Shown here: positions 1 through 10,700 of the stretch, piece by piece
Numbering within the stretch: position 1 is the stretch's first letter
Layout of the letters: each line of letters starts with the position of its first letter
From: Candidatus Velthaea sp.
Lineage (GTDB): Bacteria > Vulcanimicrobiota > Vulcanimicrobiia > Vulcanimicrobiales > Vulcanimicrobiaceae
NCBI GenBank assembly: GCA_050012475.1
Contig: JBEKHC010000002.1
Location: forward strand, 44,981-108,980
Reading direction: 5' to 3'
Length of the DNA stretch: 64,000 bases
Program-made: the position numbers and the translations under genes
The notes under the pieces: generated by a model
What the model saw: the letters and a program-made list of their open reading frames with translations, nothing else
What the model was told of the DNA's origin: nothing
Databases searched by the model: none

Positions 1-399
1 GCCCTATCCGTTCTACTCGCCGCGCTCGAGCCGCAGGCCGTCACCCCGCAAACCGGACCAAGCCCGTCCGCGGCGGTGTCGCCGCCGGTCGACGATCCCC
101 AGATTGCCGCGCGGGTGAAAGCGGAGTTCGTCGCGTGGCAGCAAGGCGCCATCGATCGGTCGTTGTATTCGCCGGCGTTCGGCGACCCCACCGACATGGT
201 CGAGGCGATGAGCGCTCAGCTCAAGGGGCTCGGCCCGCTGCTTTCCACGACGGCTCGCTCGAGTTTGCGTCGGCAGGGCAGCACCATCTACGTCTACTCG
301 CTGCGGTGCCGGAACGGAAACGTCAAGATGCAGCTGGGGCTCGATGCGCGTGGAAAAATATCGGCAATTTCGTTCGAGCCTGAGGCCCCGCCGGCATAG
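1..399 (+). CDS. Hypothetical protein, probably exported (5' partial; DUF3887-like C-terminus)
   Basis: Frame 1 is open from base 1 (ALSVLLAALEPQ...) to TAG at 397-399. It ends in a compact domain (…LGPL…YVYSLRC…MQLGLDARGKISAISFEP). Confidence 0.55.
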   Translation, partial: ALSVLLAALEPQAVTPQTGPSPSAAVSPPVDDPQIAARVKAEFVAWQQGAIDRSLYSPAFGDPTDMVEAMSAQLKGLGPLLSTTARSSLRRQGSTIYVYSLRCRNGNVKMQLGLDARGKISAISFEPEAPPA

Positions 400-410
400 C
401 AGCAGGGTTC

Positions 411-552
411 AGCGCTTCGCGACGAGCCGCGCGTGGCGTTTGCGGCTCCGCCGCGAGCCGCGGTGGCGTTCGGCGCTGCAGGCCGACCGCGCGTGGCGTT
501 TGCGGCTTCGCCGCAAGCCGCCGCCTTCGCGTTTGGGCTTCGCCCAAGCCCC
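411..552. repeat. REP/BIME-like cluster of GC hairpins with a 60-bp-period direct repeat
   Basis: ccgcgcgtggcgtttgcggct occurs at 427-447 and 487-507, each followed by a hairpin (gcggct[c/t]cgccgc). A further hairpin is ttgggcttcgcccaa. The cluster lies between convergent genes. Confidence 0.65.
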
Positions 553-562
553 AAGTCGCCGT

Positions 563-2047
563 TCAGGAACGCCGTTCGGGGCGCGCGTGGCGGAAGCCGT
601 ACAAGAAGTAAATCGCCAGGCCGATGATGAGCCAAACCACGAAACGCCACCAGGTGAATTGACCGAGGCCGACCGTGGAGAGAAAGAGCGAAAGCGCGAT
701 GCCGCACAGCGGAAAGAGCGGAACGAACGGTGAGCGGAACGGGCGCTCGAGTTCCGGCCGGCGGTAGCGGAGAAAAATTACGCCGGCACACACGATGATG
801 AACGCGCTGAAGGTTCCGATGTTGACCAGCTCGAGCAATGCGTCGAGCGGGACGATCAAGGTCAGCAGCGCGACGACGATGCCGGTGAGCATCGTCATGC
901 GAACCGGTGTTTTGAAACGCGGATTGACGGCGGCGACGAACGGCGGGAGCATCCCGTCGCGCGCCATGACGTAGAAGATACGCGTCTGGCCGAGCAGCGA
1001 GGTCAAAGCGACGCTCGTCGTCCCGGTCAACACGCCGATCGTGATGATCCACGTGATGAGCGGATTGTGCAGCGGGGCCAGCGCCGCGACGAGCGCATTG
1101 TTTTGATCGACCTTCTGCCAGGGGACGATGGCGACGAGCACGATCGCTACCGTGCAGTAGATCAGCGTTCCGATGACGAGCGAGCCGAGCACGCCCACCG
1201 GGACGTCGCGGCTGGGATTGCCGCATTCCTCGGCGGTCGTCGTTGCCGCGTCGAAACCGATGTACGTGAAGAACACCAGCGCCGCCGCCGGAACGATGCC
1301 GTTCCCGCTCGCGCCGAAAGCGATCCGGCCCCAACCCAGCGGCGAGAACGGGTGCAGGTAGCTGGGATGAATGAGGCTCAGCCCGGCGATCACGAACACG
1401 GCGAGCGCGCCGATCTTGAGAATGACGAGCGCGTTGTTCGAGGTCGCGGTCTCACGGATGCCCAGCGAGAGTAGAACGGACAGGAGGAGCACGAACGCGC
1501 CGCCGATGAGATCGTACTGCGAATGCGCGAGGTCCCATTGCCCCACCGCCCACCAGGGACCGTGGGACACGAACTGCGCCTGCTGCAGCGCTTTGGGCAG
1601 CACGAACCCGAACGAACTCAACGCGCTCTGAAGCGAGCCCGAAAACTGCTGCGCGACCGGCGCGGCGCTGATGCCGTATTCGAGGATCAAATCCCAGCCG
1701 ATGATCCACGCGACGACTTGTCCGAGTGTCGCATAGGCATACGTATACGCGCTGCCGGCGATCGGGACCATCGAGCCCAGTTCCGCGTAGCACAGTGCGG
1801 CGAACATCGAAGCCAGCCCGGCCAGGAGAAACGAGATGATGATCGCCGGACCCGCTTTCGCCACGCCGGGGCCGATCGTGGTGAAGATTCCGCCGCCGAT
1901 CATCGTGCCGAGGCCGATTGCGATCAGGTCGCGGCCGTTCAGCGCCCGGCGCAGCTGCATGCGCTGGCCGTCTTCGCGCAGCTGCTCGATCGACGCGGTT
2001 GCAAACAGTCGAGCTGCGAGACTTGCCGGACGTGGCGTGATGGCCAT
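563..2047 (-). CDS. APC-family amino acid permease
   Basis: Motifs LIAIGLGTMIGGGIF, ALCYAELGSMVPIAGSAYTY, FFTYIGFD and ERPFRSPFVP, plus many hydrophobic segments. Start placed at MAITPRP. Confidence 0.93.
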   Translation of the reverse strand: MAITPRPASLAARLFATASIEQLREDGQRMQLRRALNGRDLIAIGLGTMIGGGIFTTIGPGVAKAGPAIIISFLLAGLASMFAALCYAELGSMVPIAGSAYTYAYATLGQVVAWIIGWDLILEYGISAAPVAQQFSGSLQSALSSFGFVLPKALQQAQFVSHGPWWAVGQWDLAHSQYDLIGGAFVLLLSVLLSLGIRETATSNNALVILKIGALAVFVIAGLSLIHPSYLHPFSPLGWGRIAFGASGNGIVPAAALVFFTYIGFDAATTTAEECGNPSRDVPVGVLGSLVIGTLIYCTVAIVLVAIVPWQKVDQNNALVAALAPLHNPLITWIITIGVLTGTTSVALTSLLGQTRIFYVMARDGMLPPFVAAVNPRFKTPVRMTMLTGIVVALLTLIVPLDALLELVNIGTFSAFIIVCAGVIFLRYRRPELERPFRSPFVPLFPLCGIALSLFLSTVGLGQFTWWRFVVWLIIGLAIYFLYGFRHARPERRS

Positions 2048-2418
2048 GGATTGGCGATGTTTGCCCGTTCGCGGCGCTGGTCCTAGTGGGCTGCGCTGAA
2101 GCCGAGGGCATGGGCGAATGCTCGCTTCGGCCCGCAATCGTGGCCCGAGCGTCCGGTGCATGCGCGCGGCTGAAGCATGAAACGTGCATCGGAACGGGGT
2201 TCATTCGCCAACAACGTTTTCGTCGCGCGCGGCTTAGCCGCGATCTGCCGTGGCTGCGGTCTTTTGGGAAACGGCGTGCGCCGTTCGGTATTGCCGATGG
2301 CGGCGCCGGCCGTTGGTAGCCGATTGTAGCTTCGGCTACGTTCGCGCGCGGCGAGTTGCCGCCACGGCGTCGGTGTGTTACGGTTACGGCGAATTACACT
2401 CTCGTTGAGGAAGGAACT

Positions 2419-3135
2419 ATGCGCCTTTCACCAACTGCGATCATCGTCGCATTTGCCGCCGTCGTGCTTTCGAGCGGCGTTTCGTCCGCCGCGACGGTGA
2501 CCATCGACGGCGCGCCCGTAACCGGGACGATCCTCCACGAAGGCCACCTGATGGTCCCGTTTCGCGCGCCGATGCAGCAGATCGGTGCGACCGTCGTTTG
2601 GACGGATAAAGTTAAAACCGGCGTGGCGAGCGCGCAGGGACACGAACTCATCCGCACGGCAATCGGCTCGAAGACCGTCGTCATCAAAGGCGCGCCGAAA
2701 GTCATCACCGTGGCGCCCGCACTCATCGAGCCGCAGCATCTCGAGTACATTCCGGTCGAAATTTTGCCGCAGATCTCGCGCGCGAAACTGACGTTCTCGC
2801 CGGACCGCAAATCGGCCGTCATCACCAACTTCGATCTCGGTGGCGTGGCAGCGGCAGCAGCAGCTGCAGCCGCCGTTGTCGCTGCGGCCGCACCGGCTCC
2901 CACCGCGGCGGCGACAGCAGCACCGGCTCCCGTCGCCGCGGCTCCCGTCGTTGCGGCACCGGTTGGCGAACCCGTCGTGACGGACGCTTCGGGCTTCCCC
3001 AGTGTCGATCCGGACGGCAAGATCTTGCTGGTCTGGGTCTGGCTGCTGCCGATCAGCGCAGCGGTCGCGGGGTTCGCGTACTTTGCCGTCATCGGACAAG
3101 TCGAACGCAAGGGCCGTCGTAACCGCACCTTCTAA
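2419..3135 (+). CDS. Secreted/membrane-anchored protein with a copper amine oxidase N-terminal (stalk)-like domain and Ala/Pro linker
   Basis: SD GAGGAAGG precedes the ATG. Signal peptide, then GHLMVPFRAPMQQIGATVVW, a poly-Ala/Pro linker and a C-terminal TM with a basic tail. Confidence 0.7.
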   Translation: MRLSPTAIIVAFAAVVLSSGVSSAATVTIDGAPVTGTILHEGHLMVPFRAPMQQIGATVVWTDKVKTGVASAQGHELIRTAIGSKTVVIKGAPKVITVAPALIEPQHLEYIPVEILPQISRAKLTFSPDRKSAVITNFDLGGVAAAAAAAAAVVAAAAPAPTAAATAAPAPVAAAPVVAAPVGEPVVTDASGFPSVDPDGKILLVWVWLLPISAAVAGFAYFAVIGQVERKGRRNRTF

Positions 3136-3287
3136 TCGCGGCGCGATCGTTATCCCCGAATTCTTATCCCCAAAAGTGAGAAGTGCGGCCTAATTCATCG
3201 GGGCCGCTCTTCTTTTGTGCTTCGATTGAAGAGGTATTGGCGAACGAGCCGTTCGTAGTAGCCGTCATACATCGTTCGTTCGCTCTC

Positions 3288-3731
3288 ATGAGGTATTTTG
3301 TGAAACAGTTTTTTGCGACGCTGCTGTGCGGCGCGCTTTTCCTGTGCGGCCCGGCCGCGACGCTCGCGCAAACCGCTGCGACCGCGGCCGCTCCCGCCGT
3401 GACGTCGTGCCCCACCGGTTCGAAACTCGTCGAAGGTTACACCAAAAAGAACGGCACGGTCGTTGCCGCGCACTGCAAGAAATCGCACGGAAAGAAATCG
3501 AGTGCGATGGGCGCAGCAACGTCCGGGACGGCTGCGGGTACCACGTCCGCCGGCACCGCTCCCGCAGTTGCGGCACCTGCCGTTGCTGCTCCGGCCGCGT
3601 CGGCGGCCGCTCCCGATCCCGCTGCGACGACCTGTCCCGCCGGCAAAACGTACGTGCACTCGTACACCACGAAAAAAGGCAAGACGGTCGCGGGCTACTG
3701 CCGCAAAGCGCATAAGAAGGCCAGCAGCTGA
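3288..3731 (+). CDS. Small secreted Lys/Ala-rich protein with two Cys-bracketed repeats
   Basis: Signal-like N-terminus (an alternative GTG start at 3300 has a GAGG SD). Repeats are CPTGSKLVEGYTKKNGTVVAAHC and CPAGKTYVHSYTTKKGKTVAGYC. Confidence 0.75.
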   Translation: MRYFVKQFFATLLCGALFLCGPAATLAQTAATAAAPAVTSCPTGSKLVEGYTKKNGTVVAAHCKKSHGKKSSAMGAATSGTAAGTTSAGTAPAVAAPAVAAPAASAAAPDPAATTCPAGKTYVHSYTTKKGKTVAGYCRKAHKKASS

Positions 3732-4040
3732 CCGACGGATCCGCGACGTGCGCCCGCTCGACGCCGGCTGAGCTCCGCGAGCACGGCGTGACGTGCCCGC
3801 GGCCGCTTCGGCCCGGCACGACGCCTCGGCCGGCGGGGCTTCGGCCGCTGCCCGGGTCACAGAACACCAGGGGCGCTTCGGAGCCGCAGCGTGTTTCCTC
3901 CGCTGCCTTGTCGAAGACGCCCGCCGCGAGGGAATGGTGTTCCTTTCGCAGGTGAGGGACACGATGAGCAGAGAGCTGCGGGGCGTCTTCGCGCATCCGG
4001 GAACACCCGCCGCCTCGCGACGACCGTGCCTTCGTGCGTG

Positions 4041-6458
4041 ATGGCGTTCCAACATCCGGCGCTGTCGCCGCGGCAAGCTGAAATCGCGAACCTGGTCGCG
4101 GGCGGCAGGTCTAACCGTGAAATCGCGGTGGCCCTTCACTTGAGCGAACGGACCGTCGAATCGCACATCGCCACGCTGTTCAACAAACTCACCGTCCGCT
4201 CGCGCACCGAACTGGTCGCGGCTGTCTTGCGTTCCGCGGCCGCGCTCTCGCCGGACTGCATAAAGACGAACCTCCCGCTGCAGCTCAACCGCCTTGTCGG
4301 CCGCGAGGCCGAGGTCGCGCACCTCACGGCCCTGCTCGCCGCCGAACGGCTGGTCACGATTACCGGTGCGGGCGGTGTCGGTAAGACGCGCGTGGCGTTG
4401 CAGGTCGGAGCGGCGCTCGTAAATGCGTATCCGAGTGGGGCATGGTTGGTCGAACTTGCGGCGCTCGGCGAACCGGCGCTGATCGGCACCGAGATCGCGC
4501 GCGCGGTGGGCGTCGACATCTCCGGCACGACCGATCCACTCGAGATGCTGGGTGCGCGATTCGCGCGGCAGACGCTGCTGCTCGTGCTGGACAACTGCGA
4601 GCACCTCATCACCGGTGCGGCGCGGGTCGCCGAAACACTGGCGCGACACTGTCCGAACCTGCGAATTCTTGCGACCAGCCGCGAGCCGCTCAAGATTGCC
4701 GGCGAGCACAGCTATCGATTGCCATCATTGCGCGTCCCGCCGCTCGAAACCGCGCGTGGGCAACCGGCGGCGGCGATCGGCGCGTACGAGGCCGTCGAGC
4801 TCTTCGTAGACCGCGCGCGCGCCGTCGAAGATCACTTCACCGTGACCGACGAGAATGCGCCGGCCGTCGCCCGGATTTGCCGCCGGCTCGACGGCATTCC
4901 GCTCGCCATCGAGCTCGCTGCCGCTCGCATCAACGTCCTCCCGGTGAACGCGTTGGCGGAGCGGCTCGACCAACGTCTTCGCATCTTGACCGGCGGCCTG
5001 CGCACGAGCGTGCCGCGCCACCAAACGATGCGCGTGCTCATCGATTGGAGTTACAACCTGCTCGCACCGGCCGAGCAGCGCTTGTTCGAGCGGCTCGCAG
5101 TTTTTGCCGGCGGCTGCACGCTTGCCGCTGCCGTGGCTGTCTGCAGCGGCGCGGAAGTCGATGACGATGCGATGTTCACGCTGCTGGGTTCGTTGGTCGA
5201 TAAATCGCTCGTCAGCGCCGATTTGGAAGCCGCCGAACCACGCTACCGGCTCGCCGAGTCCGCGCGTGAATACGCGCGCGAGAAGCTCGCCGAGCGAGGC
5301 GAGCTCGGGGCCGCGGTCGCGCGTCAGCGGCTATACCTGCGCGATCTCTTCGCAGCAGCTCGAACGCGCGCGGAGCGTACCGGGTGGTCGTCGGAGATCG
5401 GTTCACTGTTGCGCAATGAGCTCGACGATGTGCGTGCTGCGCTCGACGAGGCAGCCGGCCGTGACCTGCCCGAGCTAGGCGCCGAGCTGCTGGATGCGAT
5501 CGATGACGGATGGATTTCGATCGGGCTAGAGGGCGAAGGCTGCGCGCGGCTGGAGCGTTTGGCCGTGCTTCTGCCGGACGGCGAACGGCGGCTGACGTCC
5601 GCCCTCTGGGCCGCATTCGCTCGCCTAGCGGCGTTTTTGAAGCCGGTTCGAGCGCTCGAAGCGGCAGCGACGGCGGTGGAAGCTGCGCGCGATGCCGACG
5701 ATCGCGACCTTCTTGCGCGGGCCTTGACCACGTACGCGGTCAGTCTTAGCCGCGTCCGCCAGTTTCAGGATGCCGCGGCGGCTCTTGCGGAAGCCGACGC
5801 CCTGGCGCCGTCGCTTAACGTCGCTCTTCGCCTGCGAATCACGGGAAGCAAAGCTCTGTTGTCCTATTTCCTGGGCGATCTGGAGGGTGCCGCCCAAGGC
5901 TACGAATTTTTGCGCGACACGCATTTCCGGCTCGGGAATGTTGCTGAGGCCGCGTCCATCGCACTTGACCTCGCGGAAAACAAGCATCAACGCGGTCAAA
6001 CCGAGATCGCGATCGCGCTCGTCCAGGAGGTGCTTCCGGTGCTGCGCGCCGGCTCCGACCGGCGGACGCTCTTGCTTGCGTTAGCAAACCTCTGCGGCTA
6101 TTTTGTCGCGCTCGATCGCCTTGCGGAAGCGCGCGCCGTTGGACGTGAGGTGTTCCAGGACGGTTCGGAGCACGATCGCGATCGAACGACGTTCGTCAAC
6201 ACGATCGAGCACTCGGCTCTCGTGCTCGCTCTTGACGGCGACGTGCGCCGCGGCGCGCAACTGGCGGGATACACCGACGCCGCCTACGCGCGAGCCGGCT
6301 TTCACCGTGAATACACGGAGTCGACGACGCGAGCCCGTCTCGCAGCACTCTTTCGCGAACGGCTCACGCCCGCCGAATGCGAAGCGCTGCTCGCCGCGGG
6401 AGCTGCGCTCTCGATCGAGGCGGCAATCGCTCTCGCGCTCGCGGATCGTGCCCCATGA
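4041..6458 (+). CDS. LuxR-HTH + STAND-type ATPase + helical/TPR transcriptional regulator
   Basis: N-terminal LSPRQAEIANLVAGGRSNREIA…HLSERTVESH. P-loop GAGGVGKT, Walker B LLVLDNCEH, and LDGIPLAIELAAAR. Confidence 0.9.
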   Translation: MAFQHPALSPRQAEIANLVAGGRSNREIAVALHLSERTVESHIATLFNKLTVRSRTELVAAVLRSAAALSPDCIKTNLPLQLNRLVGREAEVAHLTALLAAERLVTITGAGGVGKTRVALQVGAALVNAYPSGAWLVELAALGEPALIGTEIARAVGVDISGTTDPLEMLGARFARQTLLLVLDNCEHLITGAARVAETLARHCPNLRILATSREPLKIAGEHSYRLPSLRVPPLETARGQPAAAIGAYEAVELFVDRARAVEDHFTVTDENAPAVARICRRLDGIPLAIELAAARINVLPVNALAERLDQRLRILTGGLRTSVPRHQTMRVLIDWSYNLLAPAEQRLFERLAVFAGGCTLAAAVAVCSGAEVDDDAMFTLLGSLVDKSLVSADLEAAEPRYRLAESAREYAREKLAERGELGAAVARQRLYLRDLFAAARTRAERTGWSSEIGSLLRNELDDVRAALDEAAGRDLPELGAELLDAIDDGWISIGLEGEGCARLERLAVLLPDGERRLTSALWAAFARLAAFLKPVRALEAAATAVEAARDADDRDLLARALTTYAVSLSRVRQFQDAAAALAEADALAPSLNVALRLRITGSKALLSYFLGDLEGAAQGYEFLRDTHFRLGNVAEAASIALDLAENKHQRGQTEIAIALVQEVLPVLRAGSDRRTLLLALANLCGYFVALDRLAEARAVGREVFQDGSEHDRDRTTFVNTIEHSALVLALDGDVRRGAQLAGYTDAAYARAGFHREYTESTTRARLAALFRERLTPAECEALLAAGAALSIEAAIALALADRAP

Positions 6459-6518
6459 TCGCCATTTCGGTTCAGGGCCGGCTTGCGCCGTGTCACCCGC
6501 GCGTTCCAATGTGTCGCT

Positions 6519-6884
6519 CTACACTCTGCCCGGTGGGCGCGTCATTGCGTAGGCGTCCCAGCCGAAATCGCGTTGCGGTAACGGGTCGAAGCCTTCCCGC
6601 TCGAAACGGACATCGAGATTGACGCGATACGGGACCGCTCCGGCCGCGGCCAGATCCGCGCCGAAGCCGGGGAAGAGGTCTTCGAGCGCCTGCAAACCGC
6701 CAACGAGGATTGCGTGCGTATGTTGGTCTTGCGGCGTCCCCGACCGGTGCGCCGCAATGGACGGCAGCACGTCGCGGTGGAGCAGCGTCACGCGCTCGAA
6801 GCGAGCGCTGACCGCGCGCGCGCTCGCAAGGCCGGCGAGTCCGGCGCCGACCACGATCGCGTGTTTGCCGAGCGGCGCGCTCAC
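6519..6884 (-). pseudogene. Truncated FAD-dependent oxidoreductase (N-terminal fragment)
   Basis: Rossmann motif HAIVVGAGLAGLASA and RSGTPQDQHTH are present. The ORF stops after 121 aa and I see no continuation before the convergent LuxR gene. Confidence 0.7.
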
Positions 6885-7259
6885 AGCGTTGCGCTACGTG
6901 AGCGGCGCATCGGCGAAGCGCTGCGTCACCACGTCCTTGCACGGCGCCACGATTATGCCCGTCGAGTCGGTTTGGGAGCTTACGCCGGCGGACCTGGCGG
7001 TACCGATTACTTCATCAAACGTCGCCATGTCGTCCCTCTTCAGGTGCTTCTTGAGCGGATCGGAAATCGAACGCACCCGAAATGAAACGCGCTTTGGAGG
7101 TCGGATACAGCCCGTGCGCGCGGGATACGCTTGAGGATACCGGTCGCACCCAGACCGATCATCCGGGAAAACCCTGAATAAGCGTCAGCCGACATCGCCG
7201 GGCGACGCCCGTATTTTTAGCCGCCGCGATCGTCCGTCACGAACTCCGCGTTGGAGACG

Positions 7260-7676
7260 CTAATTTGGTTGCTGCGGCGTTGTGCGGCGCGCGAGCAGCG
7301 CGTCGAGCGAGAAGCGATCGGCGCTCAGCGTGGCAAGCAGGGCGGCGTACACGAGTTCGTACACGAGTTGCTCGGCCAGCGCACTGTGCTCGCCGCGTAA
7401 TGCGGTGCCGAATGTCAGCGATGCCATGAGCAGTGCTCCGCCGACGAGCGCGGGCCGCCCGAACAGGCCAACGATGAGCAGCAAGCCGACCAGCGCTTCG
7501 GCGAACGGCAGCCCATAGGCATACGGGGTCACCAGCGCGGACGGCAAGATGCCGGCGAACTGCTTGATGACCCCGCCGGCAAACCCGTTCAGGTGCGGGA
7601 AGCGCTGAACGCCGTGCAGGCAAATGTTCAGGCCGAGCGTCACCCGCAAGATCGCATGCGCCAGGGCAGCGTTCAC
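7260..7676 (-). CDS. DoxX-family membrane protein
   Basis: LRVTLGLNICLHG…LPFAEALVGLLLIVGL…DRFSLD with about 4 TMs. GTG start. Confidence 0.85.
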   Translation of the reverse strand: MNAALAHAILRVTLGLNICLHGVQRFPHLNGFAGGVIKQFAGILPSALVTPYAYGLPFAEALVGLLLIVGLFGRPALVGGALLMASLTFGTALRGEHSALAEQLVYELVYAALLATLSADRFSLDALLARRTTPQQPN

Positions 7677-7711
7677 GCCGTCGTCCGCGTCGCCGAATCG
7701 TTTGCGGGCCG

Positions 7712-10700
7712 CTATGGATGTGCCGCCTCCGCCGGCCGCAGCACGCCGTCAGGTGAAGGCGCGGGCGTTTCGCTGGGCGGGATGCCGTGCGCGCCCACGA
7801 AGTGCTCGGGCGCGAGCCACATATACATGATCGGCACGAGCACCAGCGTGAGGATGAGCGAACTGGTGATGCCGCCGATCACGACGACGCCGAGGCTCGA
7901 GCGCACGCTGGAGCCCGGTTCGAGCGCGAGCGCAAGCGGGAAGTTGCCCGCGATGACCGAGACGCTGGTCATGATGATGGGGCGGAAACGGGTGAAGGCG
8001 CTCTCCTGAATGGCTTGCAGTTTGCTTTCACCGCGTTCGCGCAGCGTGTTGGCATAGTCGACGAGCAGGATGCCGTTTTTCGTCACCAGTCCGACGAGCA
8101 AGATCGTACCGATGAGCGAGAACAGGTTGAGCGTCTCACGCGTCAAGGCGAGCGCTCCAAGCGCACCGACCGCCGCGACGGGCACCGAGAACAGGATGAT
8201 GAACGGCGAACGGTAGCTGTTGTAGAGCGCAACCATCAGCAAGAACACCAGCACGACCGATAGGATCAGCGACGTGCCCAAACCCAAGAGCGTCTGCCCC
8301 ATGAGGTCTTGTTGACCCAGCGGCGCCGGGCGCACGACGATGGTCTGCGGCCACTTCTGCTGCTTCGCAACGGCTTGGATCTTGTTCAAAAACGCGTTTT
8401 GCACGTTCGAGAGCGACGATCCGGCGGCGACGTTCGCGCTGATATGCACGACCGAGTTGCGGTCGACGCGGATGATGATCGGCGGCGCCGGCTCCCATTT
8501 GAACGTCGCGAAATCGCCAAGGTGCACGATTTGATTGGTGGTGGAGCGGATCGGGATCGCGTTGAATTCGGCGAGGCTGGTTTGATCCTCGATCGGATAG
8601 ATCACTTGCACTTGTTCGAGGCCGTCGGTCGTCTCGAACTGGGTCGCGATCGATCCGCCGAACGCCGCGCGCGCGGCGTTCGCAGCCGTGCCGATACTGA
8701 CGTTGAGCGCTTGGGCCCGCGCGCGGTCGAAGAGCAGCTCGACCTGCGGCTGCTGCGCCGAGTCCGAGCTCAGGACGCTGCGTGCGCCCGGCGTTTGCTG
8801 CATGACCGTATAGGCGGTCTGCGCGTATTTTGTGGGATCGCCGCCACCGATATCGCTCACCAGTTCGTCGATCGGTTGGGCGTTGCCGCCTTGCGTGCCC
8901 GTGGCGGGAACGACGACCGGAGCGCCGGCCGGAACGGTGCGCTGGGCGATTTTGCGGAACTGCGCAACCCAGTAATCGGTGGAGTCGTGCCGATCGGCGC
9001 GCAGCCAAACATGGACTTGGCCGACATTGCCCTGGCTCACGAACCCGCCGAACGGTGCCGCGTACGCACCGCAGACGGCGATGTCGGCATCGATGTCGGC
9101 ATTGTTCTTGCGCAGCGCCGTTTCGAGCCCGTTCATCTTGCTGCAGACCGTGCTCAATGGCGTGCCGATCGGATATTGCACCTGGATGAAGATCTCGCCG
9201 CGATCTTGCGGCGGGATGAACTCCTCGCCGACGATGCCGGTGGGGATAAGCAAGACGGAGCCGACGAACGTCACCAGACAGATCAAAACGAACGGAATAC
9301 GGTGCCGCAATCCCCAGGGCAAGACTTTGTGCGCGTAATGGCTGCGCAGATTGCTGAACCCGCGCTCGAACGCGCGGATGATGCCCCACGGCTGCCAGTT
9401 GCTGCGCAGTGCCCAGTTCGCCGCCAGCGACGGCGTGATCGTGAAGCAGACGAACAGGGAGGTCAGCGTCGAGATGACGACCACGACGCCGAACTCGGCA
9501 AGATTGCGGCCGACTTGGCTTTGAATGAACGCGATGGGCAAAAACACGACGACGTCGACGAGCGTGATGACGATCGCCGCGACGCCGATCTCCGTCCGGC
9601 CGGTGATCGCCGCCGCGACCGGATCCTGGCCCATCTCGAAGTGGCGTTCGATGTTTTCGAGCACCACGGTCGAGTCGTCGACGAGGATACCGATGACGAG
9701 CGTCATGCCGAGCAACGAGATCGTGTCGAGCGTCAACCCGAGCATCTTCATCGCGAACAGCGCGACGCCCAGCGATGCCGGAATCGCGATGAGCACCACG
9801 ATGGCGTTGCGCCACGACCCCAGGAAAAACAACATCACAATGCCGGTCAGCACGATGCCTTCGGAAAGGGTCCGCATCACGCCGTCGAGCTGCATCGCCG
9901 TGTATTTCGATTGGACGTTGATGACGCCGAAATTGATGTCGGGGAACTGCGCACGGATCTTCGGCAGTTGGGCGAGCACGTTGTTCGATGCGTCGACTTC
10001 TGATGCGTCGGAGGCCTTCTGAATTTGCAGGAACACGCCGTTGAGCCCGTTCACGCCGGCGGCCGTGCGGCGCGGCTCGTAGCTGTCGGCGACGCTCGCA
10101 ACGTCGGCGATGCGCAGGACGGAGGCCGCCGAGGTCCACGGATCGATCGTGCCCGCGTTGCCGCCGACGGCGCCTGCCGTCTGCGCGGTCACCGTGGACG
10201 TCAACGGGGAAATCGCCAGACCCAGAATCGATTCGGGCGAGATGATGTCGCCCCGGATGTCGACGTTGACTTCGCGATTGGGTTGATAGACGATGCCGCC
10301 CGGCGCGCGGACGTTACTCGCGCCGACGGTGTTGATGACGTCGGTGAGCGTCAGTTTATTGGCGACGAGCCGCTGCGGATCGACGGTGACTTCGTAGGCC
10401 GGCGTGACGTTGCCGCCCTCGGTCACGTTCGAAACACCCGGGACCTGCTCGAAGGCCGGAACGATACGGCCTTGCGCGATGAGCGAAAGTTTGCTGGCGG
10501 TCATCTTGGACGACGTCAGCGAAAGCGTCACGACGACGGCTTCGCTGGGATCGTTCACTTGAACGACGGGCGCCGTCAAATCGGTCGGCAGATTGTGGCT
10601 TGCCGCCTGGACCGCTTTTTGCACGTTGACGAGGTCGGTATTTTCGTCGGAATTGAGCGTGAAGATGGCCGCGATCGTGGCCTGCCCGTTTTGAATGGTC

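Noticed and set aside
411..552. Possible CRISPR array
   Set aside because: Only two near-identical units, no series of unique spacers and no cas genes in the window.
2840..2965. GCN-rich repeat tract
   Set aside because: It encodes the poly-Ala/Pro linker of the 2419-3135 protein and is not an independent repeat element.
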